Source: Octopus sinensis (lineage: Eukaryota). From it: a stretch of 64,000 nucleotides of DNA. The first letter of the stretch is position 1; each line of letters starts with the position of its first letter. The DNA is taken from positions 78,368,001 through 78,432,000 of the forward strand of contig NC_042997.1 in the NCBI RefSeq assembly GCF_006345805.1, read 5' to 3'. A program made the translations under genes and the position numbers. Shown here piece after piece: positions 50,936 to 64,000 of this stretch. Below the pieces are notes generated by a model, which was not told the origin of the DNA, did not search any database, and was given only the letters and a program-made list of their open reading frames with translations.

Positions 50936-52057
50936 TATTATTATTTCCATTTCACCTGACAGAGCTCTAGATTTCACTTGCCACGGTTAATTCTGTAAAA
51001 GCGAACAACAACCTGTTGTCAAGGACCTCACAGAGTCTCTTTCCGTGTACCAATCTCGGAATCCTCGAGATTCTATGACAAGCTCTCTATCACACTAGAC
51101 GGGGTTTATATGTATAATGTATATGGGTGTACGCATATATATATATATATATATATATATACTCATAGAGGAGGAGAGAAAAAGGCAAATATACAGATAG
51201 ACAGGTGGCTAGCTAGCATGTTAGATACATGGATAGATATAGATATATTGATCGATAGATGTATATTAACATACACATGTGTATGCGTGTATGTATACTT
51301 ATATCCCATAACAGATGCACGTCTATAAATATGCATTTGTGCATGTGTACGTCTGCAAACAAAATCAACCAAAATGTTCTCATAGACACCCACTCAACCA
51401 AACACAAAGACACTCACCACACAGCCACACAGTCTCATTTACAAACAAACTTACATAAATGTATACTACCAGACACAAACAGACAGGTTGTGCATGAGGT
51501 CGTTGAGAAGATCGCATTTCTCTGATGAAAAACTTTGAAAACAATTAATTAATTAATTAATTAAGGTATTATAGCGAGCAGCAAGCAAGTCATAAAAGTA
51601 TAATTGTTGGTTTCCCATTGGTTAAAATTACTGCCCATCTTTGAATTCTAAACTTTCGCCAAAGAGAATTCTTTCACGAAATACGGTTCTTAGAATTCAG
51701 GTATGAGCAGTTATAAAAACCCTCATTTCTTGAGAATTAATCAGTGATCGTTGGTTTTTACTAAACTCCACGACACTCATGCTAGTGATTTTTGGTTATC
51801 ACTAGACTTCACGACACTGTTCGTTGGTCGTAACTCTCTACGGCAAATTGCCTTACTTCTAAATGTACTGTAAATATTAATTGTAAATAAACAAACCAAT
51901 GTAGTAAATATTTTCTTTTTCTTCACTTCTTTCCAACCTGTTAATGAAATTTATTTCTGCAATTAAGAAACTGTTTTTTTTTTTTTATAGCAGTGAAAAA
52001 GAACACGAACTTATCTTCAACATACATGCACATTCAACATGTCCGTTAAGCGTTTTG

Positions 52058-52088
<31 letters not shown>

Positions 52089-54849
52089 TACGGCGTTTAT
52101 GTAGCTTGAGTTAAGATTTATATATAGTGATAACACTTATAATTAAGTTATAAGTGACGGGTTTATCAATATAGATTCTTACTCAAGAAATAAAATATAT
52201 TTTTTTATCTTTCCCAGTAGAAAGCATATAAATAAGATACAGCCGTCATAACAATCACACGGTTATAGTATATACAAATCAACCCCAACAAAATTGCATA
52301 TAATTACTGCCAAAAGTGGCCCTCAAGATATATGTGTTTGTCTGTGTGTGGGATATGAAATATTATTTAACTTATCAATGACTTGTCTTATTTCTAGGCT
52401 GTATATAAGAATATAATAGAATATAATATGCATACACATTTTCATATATGTGTGTGTCTGCATGTGTGTGTATGTGCGTGCTTGCATATGTATACATATA
52501 TCACACACCGATTGTTTTATTCTTTTACTCGTTTCAGCCATGCAACTGCGGTCATATACATACATACATACATACATACATACATACATACATACATAAC
52601 GTGTGATGATTATTTTCTTCATAACTTAGGGAATCTGATAAAGATTTGATTTGTTGTACCGAAACATTCTTAGATACACTGTGATTGTCGACCATGTGAT
52701 GTCATGATAACATTTACTTCATAACATTTTGACTAGGTGCGTCCCAGTTTATGTTATCTTTCCTATATCAAACACACCCTTTTATAATGCATTCTTATGT
52801 TGTCGTATAAAATAGCTATTCTGCAGCCTTCATCAAAGTACATACGAAACATTCTTCAATTAATTTATCCCAATTCAACTTCAACCTATGAAGACAAAAT
52901 ATATATATTTTGTAGTAGATGAACCGTAGAAAAGTATGGATTGGTGGGAGCGTTAGAGCACTAGACAGATGTAGTGCATTCCCCCAACTTTTTACGATCT
53001 GTGTTCAAATCCCGCCGAGGTCAACTTCACTTTTCGTCTTTTTGAGGTCGATATAAAGATACCACTCAAATGCAGGAGCCAATTTAATCGACTAAACCAT
53101 TCTCCAGTTCGACCTTGTATTTATGTTGGATATTTATTGTTGGTGGTATAAATTGTTATATATTTTACATTTATAACTTACAAAACGAATGAATGACAGA
53201 ATGGTCGCGAACAAAAAGCTGCAAACAAAACATTGATCAACAGAACTTAATGCAGATGGCTTATGCACTCTTCCATATATTTCTTTGTGCTATTAAAGAG
53301 ATACACATTGTACATGCTTATGAACATCCATTTATTCATCAATGTATAGGTAAATAAGATAACGTTTCCCAAAAAAATAACACCAAGTTATATTTGGTTT
53401 AATATAGAAGCTACAAAGCACCCTTACCAACGTTAGATATATCCTTAATTTATTAAATTGAAGCAGTTTGTCGGGTTTGTCTAGTGATCTACAGACGCCA
53501 GTGTATATAGACACTTGCAGTTAGATTACATCATTATCATGCTGAGAAAAATGTAATACATTTGCAGAAGTTAATCCCTAACCTGGTTTAGTCCGGACTT
53601 TGTACTCTGGGTGGAAGAATACGTTTCTGCTTATCAACATTAAAGAAAAAAAACAGGATGGCACAATTAATCGGTTAAACTACATTAGCGTGCATGAACA
53701 CATCTGTCTCGGCAGGAGCTGCTCTCAATGGGACGTGAGTAAAATGAGAATATTAGTTTCTTTACATAAATACATAATTACGTTACTAAATAGATGAGAG
53801 CACACACAAATACACGCTTCAAATACTTCCTCAAGAAGCAAGTAAATAGGTAAAACACAGGGGTGAAATGAAGACAAAAAATATTGAAGGAAGAAAAAGG
53901 TTATCTATTTATAAATATATAACAGTCTGTTAGTGGTTTCCTTAGTAATATAGGTTGAAATAAAAGAGAACTACAACTTCTTTTCTGATGGCATCGACCG
54001 TTTTTCGCAAATTTCTCATATTACCAAGCAAGAGAGTGAAAAATTAGCTTCAAAGACAATGCAATTATGAAGAAGAAGAGAAATGAAAAACAAAGCAATG
54101 TTTCAGCGGCATGAAAACACTGTCGTTTATTGAACATGATACGACACACAATATTAATGAAGAGAGTTACACAGTCAAAATAAAACGTCCACATCAAAAT
54201 TTTGCATTCATGTAAAAACAATACTGTTCAAAACAAATGGAGTGCATACAACAGGTATGCAAAAGAGCATGAAAATAATTCTTCGTTTTTTTTTTCTCTT
54301 TTTTTTTTAAATCTCATTTTTGGATTATAGATTATTTCCAAAAATCTTTGACTTAACAGCGCTGTTAAAAGTGAGTGTTGTTGTTCGAGATAAGCTCAAT
54401 AGGCATAGAAAACTGTGGGAGTGGTTTGTGTAGGGGGATGATACTGTTTTCTATGCATTTTTTCATTGACCGTCAATCGCTGGTTTGTAGCAATATATCG
54501 AATGGCTTTTAATGTGTGTTTGTATGGTGTATATACGCTAGCTATGAATGTCAAAGGAATTCTTTATCTTCAGAGAACGCGTGCTTTCTTTTGGCGAGCA
54601 AGGGTAGTAACCTTCCTATGTCAACTATGTAATAAAATGTGAGCAAAGATAAAGCTATAAAAATGTTTATATCAGTGTAGTTATACATAAATAAGTAAAG
54701 AAAGTTATGTTGAAATTATGAAAGCGTCTACGTGTGTTTTATTAAATGGTATAATGAGTTACCAGCAGTGTTTGATGGAATGAAAAACCGAAACGCTTCA
54801 GACCTTGAGTAAAGGAGTGCCTGTTAGTGAATTGAACCCGAGGACACTC

Positions 54850-55400
54850 CCTACCTGAATAGTCTCTCTCATTTATATTGCGAATCCCTAGCAGTAACTC
54901 TAATTGTGTCTATCCCGGGAGTTTTCTAGTTACTGGTAGTCCTCAGTGTTTCCGTGATCTTTTGGCTTGTGACGGTGGGACATACCCGTGGTGCTATTTT
55001 GCTCTTCCTTTCCTTTTCCTATTTATCCATTGAGCATTTTTGCTGTGTTGTTCTTGTTTACTCCATATTTTTCCTCAGTATGACTGAATCGCTGATGTTG
55101 TTGGCATGTTATTTATTGAGGGTTTTTTTCCTCTTGTTTAACTTTCTGTAAAATCTGTTCGAGTTTATTTTAGATTCTCTGTTTTCTTGGGAGAAGCGTT
55201 CACTTTTTTCGTACGGCTATATGCGGCACGTTTTTGATCCTAAGCCCTGCTAATTTTTTCTTTTACCTCCCAAGTATTTTCGATATTTTTTATGTTGAAT
55301 TGTTTTGGTATATAAGTCTTCTTTATATTTTTCATGTTTAATCCCTCTTTCTCTAATCCACAGAGTAGGGATAAGTCTTCCTTTTGTTTCTTAATTTTAT
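54850..55400 (-). mobile_element. Highly decayed R4/Dong-like LINE fragment (region upstream of RT)
   Basis: SNRFYRKLN..KNAQWI..N*KTPGIDTI (an NWKxPGxD-like motif) across frameshifts. Confidence 0.5.
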
Positions 55401-58400
55401 TTATGTTTTGTTTCCATTTTGGATTTGAGATTTAGCTGGGACTTTTCATCTTTTTATTATTATCTTATTACCTTTTTCATCTTATTATTGTTGCTGTTGT
55501 TGTTGTTGTTGCTGTATTTGCAAATGAACAGCATCGTTTTGGAGCACGTAAATTGTTATTGAACTTTGTTGTTTTGTAGAATGTAATTTTGTTTTTTGTT
55601 GTACCATTTTGTTATCAAGCCAACCAGCATTATCTGAAATGAGTCCGCTTTTTAAAATTGTTGTCCCTTCGGGACGAATGCTGGTGGTTATTTTTCTGGG
55701 TTTTTTTTTAAATATATATAGTGAGTTTCATGAATGTGGCAAAAAGACAATATGGCTTCTGAAATCCATGAAGCAGTTAGCTATTCGTGCAACCAATACA
55801 ATACTAATTTCCCAATTTTACTTGTAAACAGGGAATGTATAAACAATTATAGAAATGTCGATAACAACAATACTGAGGAAAATATCACAAATAAAAAGGT
55901 ATGTAAAAGTCTCGATCGAAACAACAACAACAAGCATGCAAAGAACAACAATGAGCATCAATGTATACAGCTCTTTATTTCAGCAAATAAAACTGACAAC
56001 TTCGGTCTTTATTATGACCTCCTTAACAAAATATAGACTTTATTAATACATGCCGAAGGGATGATAGAAGAATCTCTAAGTAAATGTGTAAATTTACTGA
56101 ATTCTTAGATAATAAATGAAACGCCATTTGCAGTTTAGGTGATGATAATGAATTTAAAGCATAGTGCATAAAAAACTATCTAAATCATTTTTAAAGTTAT
56201 ATAAGTCCGAATTGTATGTAAAAAGTAACTCATATGTCATTACCAACCATTAATTTATAATATAAATCGGATGTTTTATTTTACATCAATTTTGGGTGCT
56301 ATTACTTAGCTCCGTATCAACCCTGATCCATCATACCTATTATCAAAAGTATTCCAATCGTGAGGATCCCATCTTCTTTTCAGATATTGTGTATCTAGGA
56401 CTACATTATCTAATGTAACAGTAGAGAGTGATTCGAGGGAAAATTTTACTTACATTTCTAGCATATCGTGCTATCAAAGTTCACATCAGTTGTGAATATT
56501 TTGAGATTAATACGAAAACATCTTACATCAGACACCACATTCTAAATTGGTAACATAATAATAGAAAATGTTATCTCTGGATTTTCCAAACCCTGAATTT
56601 TTTGGAAGAGGGAATGGCAAATTACATTTATCTCTTCCTTTTTACTTACGTATGTGGAATAATTAGCTTCAAGCAGAAATCAAATCCGACTATAGAAATG
56701 CCTTAGCTCGATCTTATCACTTGAATAAAATTAAAATGAAAACTAAATTATTCGGCTGTTATCCAACTCCGGAAAGAAGAAAAAAACAGCCAAAGGACTG
56801 CTCTCGGTGCGATCTGAACTCAAAACGGAGGAACAATAATAACTGTGTATCATTGTATCCAACGATCTGATAATTCGAAAAATCTACCGTCGAAATGTTA
56901 TGGAATAGTATTAGTTTCAAATTTTGGCACAAGACCAGGAATTCTGAGGGAAAGGTTAAGTCGATTACATCGATCCTAGTGATCAACTGGTTCTAATTTT
57001 GTCAATCTCCAAAAGATATGAAAAACAAAGTCGACGTTGGAGGGATTTGATATCAAAACGTAAAGAAGGAGGAAATGCCGCTAAGCATTTTACTTGGCGC
57101 GGTAACTATTCTTCCAGCTCGCCGCCTTGAGTAATGAAATAATATTAACTTTTATTATGAACGATGATACCTGCTATCTTGTAAATAAATTGTTTTGTAA
57201 ACAGAATTCTATTAAATTACACTAGAAAACTTATTACTTTGTCAATATCTGGAATGTCAGCGTAATCTATTTTATATAAACTTAAACACTTGAGCCAAAC
57301 AGGCTGCTTCGTCTCAAGTAGCAGGAAATATTTTACGTTCTACATTCAGTTAAATAAACATCTATAAAGCAAAGAAGAAACCAAGTAATTAATTTATGTT
57401 TTGGGACCTTAGTGTGCCATAAGGAGGCAAAAGAGGTTGGCCAGTTAATACCAACAATCATTTGTAGTCGCCTTTTAAATTATTATAATTTGCACTAATT
57501 CTGTGAGCAAAAGGAAGCTGGTACTTATACACTTGTCTTCTGTTTTTTAACTAATACATCTTGAGTAGAATTGTACAGATCGCATAGTAATTTCAGTAAA
57601 CTCATATCAAATTTAATATTCTACAGTTTCAATTATTCATATTTATTTTATCTAATGTCCCATGGAAAATGTAATTTATTGTTGTCAGACATAGCTGAGA
57701 AATAGCTCATTAATAATACATACGTATCTAACACATATTCCCGTAACCTATATACAGATAGTACACGTGCGTAAAAACATTGTGCTTTCTCTTAATTTGG
57801 CAAACTGAAGTAACTGTAATCGAGAACAAAATCGCAACCATAAGTCCTTGTTTGACAGTATTTAACTTTTAGCAATTTTCCTCACTTGCAAATAAGGTGT
57901 CATCCGCAAAATACCCTGCAATATTAATACAATTCTCTTAAGTCGAAGCCAAATTCATCGCGTTAATAATGAGTAAATATTGATTAGTTTTGATTAACCA
58001 CAAGTCTTCAGAAATATTGGGGGAGAGGAAATAGAATATATATTTACAGAAATATATTTAACAAGTATAAGTAACAAACTTAATTGACTTTAACTACAAC
58101 CATTTAGGTCCATTTCATCAAAGCTTACCTAGGGACCAACAACAACATACGTAGTTACAGATCAGTTTCAATTGTCAGAAACATTGTATAGAGTAAACAA
58201 GTATTTCATTTCTGAGTACTGAAGAATTTTACCCAACTCCATTGCTATAACCTTTGACACTTTCATCAATACACCAAAGTCGACTAGAGATGAACGGTGA
58301 CTCTTTCGTTAATAATAATATTCAGTGTCAACATATATAGAATTTGGCTTGATTAATCGTAAAGATAGTTATTAATTAATGATATTATTAGGAAACTCCA

Positions 58401-58439
58401 ATAGCTTTATTTACTTCTTGTAAATAATTCTTTCTACTA

Positions 58440-58822
58440 TAAGCACAAGGTCTGAAATTTGGGGGTGGGGATAGTTGATTACATCGACCCCAGAACTCAA
58501 CTGGTGCTTAATTTATCGACCCCGAAAGGTAAAGTCGACTTCGGCGGAATTTGAACTCAGATCGTAACGGAAGACGAAATAGACGAAATACTTATTTCTT
58601 TACTACCCACACTAAACACAGAGAGGACAAACAAGGCCAGACAAACGGGTTAAGTCGATTATATCGACCCTAGTGCGTAACTGGTACTTATTTAATCGAC
58701 CCCGAAAGAATGAAAGGCAAGGTCGACCTCGGCGGAATTTGAACTCAGAACGTGGTGGCAGACGAAATACCGCAAAGCATTTCGTCCGCGTGCTATCGTT
58801 TCTGCCAACTCGCCGCCTTCAC
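58440..58822 (-). mobile_element. Dimeric SINE family B copy
   Basis: tRNA-like head aaggcggcgagttggcagaaacgatagc.. at 58822->58760 and a duplicated module. Confidence 0.82.
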
Positions 58823-61578
58823 TTCTTGTGAATAATAATATATAAAACTGAATGTTTACTCTGCTTTTGCATTCTTTCAGATTTATAAGCCATTTTGCTT
58901 TGTGAAATGACCGAATTGACAATGTACTAAGGTTATTAATTGGTAGGTTCTTAGTTCGCATCAATTGCAGTCGCATCATAACCAGTCAGCCTCAACTCAA
59001 CAGGGTCTCGGAAATAAATGCACGTCGTTGTAGGTCAGTACGAAACCTAAACTATTTTGTTTTTTAAAACCAACTCATTTTGAATTATAACATTTAATTA
59101 CAAAGAAACAAAGGAATAGAAAAATAAAACAAAAAGAGAAAATTATTTTCATTCCAGGTTGAATCGATTTCACATCTCTTAACCAATGCCCTTTACTAAG
59201 AAAGAAAATAATTATGAGATGTCGTATCTAGCCAAAAAGAACATATTTCCATTACCAAAATGTTATTGGTTCCAAATTTTTGCACAATGCCAGCAATTTC
59301 GGAGAGGGGATAAGTCAATAAAATCGACCCCAGTTTTCAACTGGCACCAAAGGGATGAAAGACTAAGTAGACTTCGGCAGAATTTTACAGATAGATGAAA
59401 TGCAACTAAGCTCGTAGCGATAGAATTGGGTATTTCAGTACTCAGAAATGAAATACTTGTTAACTTTATACTGTGTTTCTGACTATTGAAACAATGATCT
59501 GTAACTACGTATGTTGTTGTTGGTCCCTTGATGAAGTGGACCTATTATCAAAGACATTCTAATTGTCACAATCCCATTTCCCCTGCCATACTGTATCTAC
59601 GAGTACATTTGAAGCTCAGTGCCGATTGTATAAAAATCATTTAGTCGTATTTGGAATGATATAGATCAACGTTGGTTGTAATCATACTGCCAAGTTGTTG
59701 AAATAAAGTAACTCAATGCTAATTGTAATAAGATCTTAAAATTGTTTGTGAAGTCGCACCTAGGTGATGATTGTAATGAAACAGCCTGGCGGTAGTTGTA
59801 ATAACACAATTGAAGACGTGGTTGTTATGCCACGAGTCAGTGGCATTGAAAAGAAACCTCAGCAGTTGCTTCAATTATATAACTCAGTGCTGATTGTAAT
59901 GGAACAGCTTTGTGGAAGAGGCATTGTTAACAATGAAAGAAACAATAACAAGAAATAAAAAAATAACTTGGTTTTCCTGGATTACCAAAATCAATAATCT
60001 TAAATTTCACACTTTTTAATGATGTGATGAAATATAACGAATGCCAAAAACATTGCATCTTTTCAAGATTTTTCGTGATTTGTGCGACATTACTTCTTAT
60101 ATATTTGATTGTTTTGATCATGTTTAATTCTACGGGGGACGAATATACACCTCCATTCATAAATTTCTTTACGGAAAACTTTCAAACAAGTTATTGATAT
60201 TATACCATTTCTTCCACTTTGTCACTTCTAAAATAATGGTTTCTCATATTAAAATACACATCTCATGTAAGTAATATAGCCTTAATATTCCATTGAGTGA
60301 TGCATCTCGAAGGCCAAATTATGTGTCATATAATCACTACAGCAATATGAAAGACATCTTTAGATTCCAACCATTTTCCCTGTCAATTTTGCCGCACTTA
60401 CCCATCTAAGGACAATAATAGACTAACTGATAAGGGAACGATATAATCAATTTAGTCGACCATGTTATACTCTATTCTTATCTTATTAACTTCTGGAAAA
60501 CTAAGTCAAAAAGTGTCAGTCGATTACTATAGATTATTGAAACCAGTGGAGGTTTGCGATATCCATTCAGGCTCTTTATAGTCTGACATTGTGACAACAC
60601 TGCTGCCAAACTCTATTGGTTCTAATGCGGCAATCATTCCTTTAGACATCAGTAGTGTAAGAATAAGAGACTTGTCGGTATGGGTAAATTCTAGTCTTGC
60701 ACTAAAAAAGCCTTACTCAAATCTGAAAATATATCTAACCAAATCTGTCCGGCGGATGCTCTTCTTAACTGAAATGGGCAAGATTTAGTAACATAACCCA
60801 AGTACATATCTGGTACTATGATGAAAAACAAAATCTACAATGGCTGGTTTTGAACTCACAACGTAAAAGAATGTAACTACATAACATAGGGAATGTAATC
60901 CAGCAATCTGCTTTCTACCGCTCTACTTTCTGGTCAGTTAGAAATAACACTTTCCAGATAAATCTAAATAACTGTTTTATTATTGTGAATTCAAAGCAAA
61001 CAAATATTTCATATTGTTGTAAAGGATATCCTTTGTTAGGGTCTTATGTAGATATGGATATGTTTCTTTTGTAAATATATAATCTGTGATAGGTTATATG
61101 TCAGCCAATCATCTCTAAGAAATGTTAAATATGTCTTGGTAAATTAAAAAGCAGAAAGATTCTTCTTCCAAGTTATTTATTCTTTAAAATATGTCAAAAT
61201 GTTCCTTTTGTTCCTTCTTAGATATTAAATTCATAATATGATTGGTTGGCTAGTTATTAGCATGTTTTCTCTAGAACAATAAAGTTATGTTTAAACATTC
61301 TTTTTGTTGCTTTATGAAAGCCGGATATGTTAGCAACAGAAACAAGTAAATGCAGAAAAGAAATTCTCTACTGACATCTTTAGAAATTTCTAATTTGTCC
61401 GCGACCGTTGCTCAGACATTCTCAAGCGGAAAACGCCTTGATGAAGTAACACGGATATGATTATTTGTCTAATAACCTGCCAATAACTAAGTTCATAGAA
61501 ACATAAAATCTTCAGTAAGATGATTAAAGAGGGTTGACATGACATAATTGAATGTATACTTGAAATGATAGCGGCTAA

Positions 61579-62021
61579 TCTATATATATAAAACTGCGGT
61601 GCAGTTTAACCAAATTCGGGTATCTTATAGTCGTGATTCATATCGAGCCCGTCTGAGTATTAGCGCGCGTCTATGATGAGTCTACGATTTTAAAAATAAT
61701 TTAACATCATTTTTTATTCCACTTTAATGCATAACTTTTCGTGTGTCGATAGCGGCGGAGTCACACCTGCACCTGTTTGCTTCTCCCCCTTCTTCCCTCC
61801 CTCGTGAAGCTGTGGGGAAGGGAGTGTAAGGAAATCAACGTCGTAAAGCGTTGTCAAGGAGACCAGCGTTCCTTTAGAACAACGACTTCATGGCTTGAAG
61901 ACACCAAAACAGAAATGGCTAAGAAAGCCCGAATTGGCATCTATAAGGGAAGTAACTCTCTAAAAATGCTTATATAGTTATTTCCCTTACAAACCCGAGC
62001 AACGCCGGGCGATACTGCTAG
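61579..62021 (+). mobile_element. Non-autonomous Helitron, 443 bp
   Basis: A|TCTATATATATAAAA start, subterminal hairpin CCCG-AGCAACGC-CGGG (61994-62009), CTAG|T end, no TSD. Confidence 0.88.
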
Positions 62022-64000
62022 TTTCATATAAATTTTCAAAACCATAAAATGACGAATATGAACGATTATAGTGATAGCTCAGCTGAAGCTATTTGAAAGT
62101 ATATCAACACTTTCAGTTCATGAAATATTAAAGTAAATCGCCAGTCAAACTAAAGAAAGTTATGATAAATATACTTCGGATAGAAAAACATCTAATTGAA
62201 CACATACTTTCGATCTTTTACATTTAACTTTCACTTACATGGGTGTTTAGTCAATAAGTATCCATAATATATTGGGACTGGTTCACTCTTCCAAGTCCAC
62301 CCACCACCAGCTCAAAATTATCTTGAACCTCATAAAGTAAAAGAAACAATGCGATAATGAAGGAATAGCTTAGTAGCAAACGATAGTTAGCAAAATTGAT
62401 CATTCATCAAATATAGCTCATTTCTTTCCTTTTCTTACTGCAGTTGTCGTTGCTGATGTTTATTTCCACACCAGTCCTAATCGAGCAGAAGTATGATGAA
62501 AAGCATTCCAATTATAATCACTTCACCCTTTTAAGAGTATATGGAACTACATTTCTAATGTATTCTTTCCTTCTTTAAGACGGTAGGATACACTTTGAGA
62601 GAGATTTAATTGCTACTTCTATCAGGTTGAGCAACCACATAGAAGCTCCCATGTGGTCAAAATTCTTATGTTGCAGTCTTCTTACGAGTCCCCTGTAGAA
62701 CACTATAGTTAAAATATCCACTGATTATACAGTCCGAACGGTGGAGGGACGTGACTGCCTGACGAAACTCTACATACGAGGCGCCATAGCTCTGTCTATG
62801 TCTCATCCACGACCGTAGCTCTACCAAACGAATAAGTTGTGAAAAAGCGTGTCTAACAAAGGTACCCCACCTCCAGTAAGCGTAAACGTAAGCGTTCCAT
62901 TCTGGTCAGCCATGAACCAGAATAATGCACAACAGTCAGGCAGTAGTAGAATACGGATGTGATGTCATTTATTACCTCCATCCGAACCTTCTGGGTCGTT
63001 TTCCTCTGGGTGAGACTCTTCCCAATATTTGTCAAATTGGGAGTCTGAACCAAATCAAACACCGAGCAGTTTAACTTTTCCTTTCGTCCAGCTTTTATTT
63101 AATTTTATTTAATTTTTGCTTTTATTTAATTTTTGCTTCAGTCATGGCCTCGTACTCTTTTAGCGCAATGCTAACTCAGTGTTTTTATAAAGTGACAATA
63201 TTACAGTGACGTAGTCCGTATATGCAAACACGGATCTTCCGCATTCTAGTTCGCAAGGGATGACCTTCGAAGTCACCAACTTCTATAGCTGTGACTCCGG
63301 AGTCAGCACGTACAGAAAGAGAAGGGAGTGGGTATCCATGACGTAGTGAACACATGATACTAAACAGTTCCGATTAGATGGCCATTTACTTTAACCACCA
63401 AGGAAATGTCAGTGTACATTGCTTCTGAAGATGGGCTCAAAACTAGTTGCCTTGAAAACAGTCAATAAGTATTGATGGCCGACCCTACTGAAAGATTTCG
63501 TTTGATCTAACTTGACCATACCGAGAGCCGTGGCACGGTATGGAGGAACGTAGTAAAATCTACCTACGTCTCCGACGCTGTACCCCAAGCAGTTGAGCAA
63601 AACGCCACTGAAAAGCCACGTACATCTGCTTGAGATCGAGCACCACACGTCCATCCCGGCCCATCAAAGACTGTAATGTGACTTTGCCGCCTCGTTATGC
63701 CTCAATCAGGACCACAAGAACGGTTTTCGTTTCCTCGTGTCTTAGACCACACTCCCCAACTTTGATATTGCAACCTTCATGCTTCGCGTTGAAATATTTG
63801 TCAAGGGTTCCCTTCGAGCACGTCAGTCACGATACATTTCCTTAGTGCTTCTTCTACATTCCTAATTAGATCCCACTCCCGTTAAACTTCTGTACTACTA
63901 CTTCCTTATTGCACCTTATCAACTCTTATTCAATACCCTTTTTCAGGGCTAACCACCAATTGTTGTTAACGATTGACTCCCATAACCGCCTGCTTGACTA

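Noticed and set aside
59927-60160. Minus-strand ORF with KFMNGG..QITKNLEKMQ..KFKIIDFG, kinase-like, with a GT just after DF-G
   Set aside because: There is no HRD/KxxN catalytic loop, stops lie immediately upstream, and no convincing exon boundaries are visible. An HMMER search against Pkinase would settle it.

Overview
AT-rich, microsatellite-dense animal genomic DNA, not prokaryotic. The SINE and repeat families look like those I recall from Octopus, but that species call is an inference. Only one intact protein-coding gene is visible: a single-exon rhodopsin-class GPCR (12652-14250, +). It resembles histamine H3/H4 and muscarinic receptors, but the amine-binding Asp3.32 is replaced by Arg. 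The rest is transposon-derived: CR1/L2-like, RTE and R4/Dong LINE relics, Tc1/IS630, maT and mariner relics, a non-autonomous Helitron and many tRNA-derived SINEs. The most striking unannotated signal is a set of unrelated non-coding repeat families (about 363, 454, 490 and 856 bp units plus solo copies) that carry type I hammerhead ribozyme folds. These sit as tandem arrays and head-to-head fold-backs whose outer ends run into (TA)n tracts, which is the architecture expected of Penelope-like pseudo-LTRs or non-LTR retrozymes. Most short ORFs in the track are microsatellite or antisense artefacts. No rRNA, true tRNA or CRISPR array was seen. All alignments and RNA folds were done by eye, and TE boundaries are approximate.
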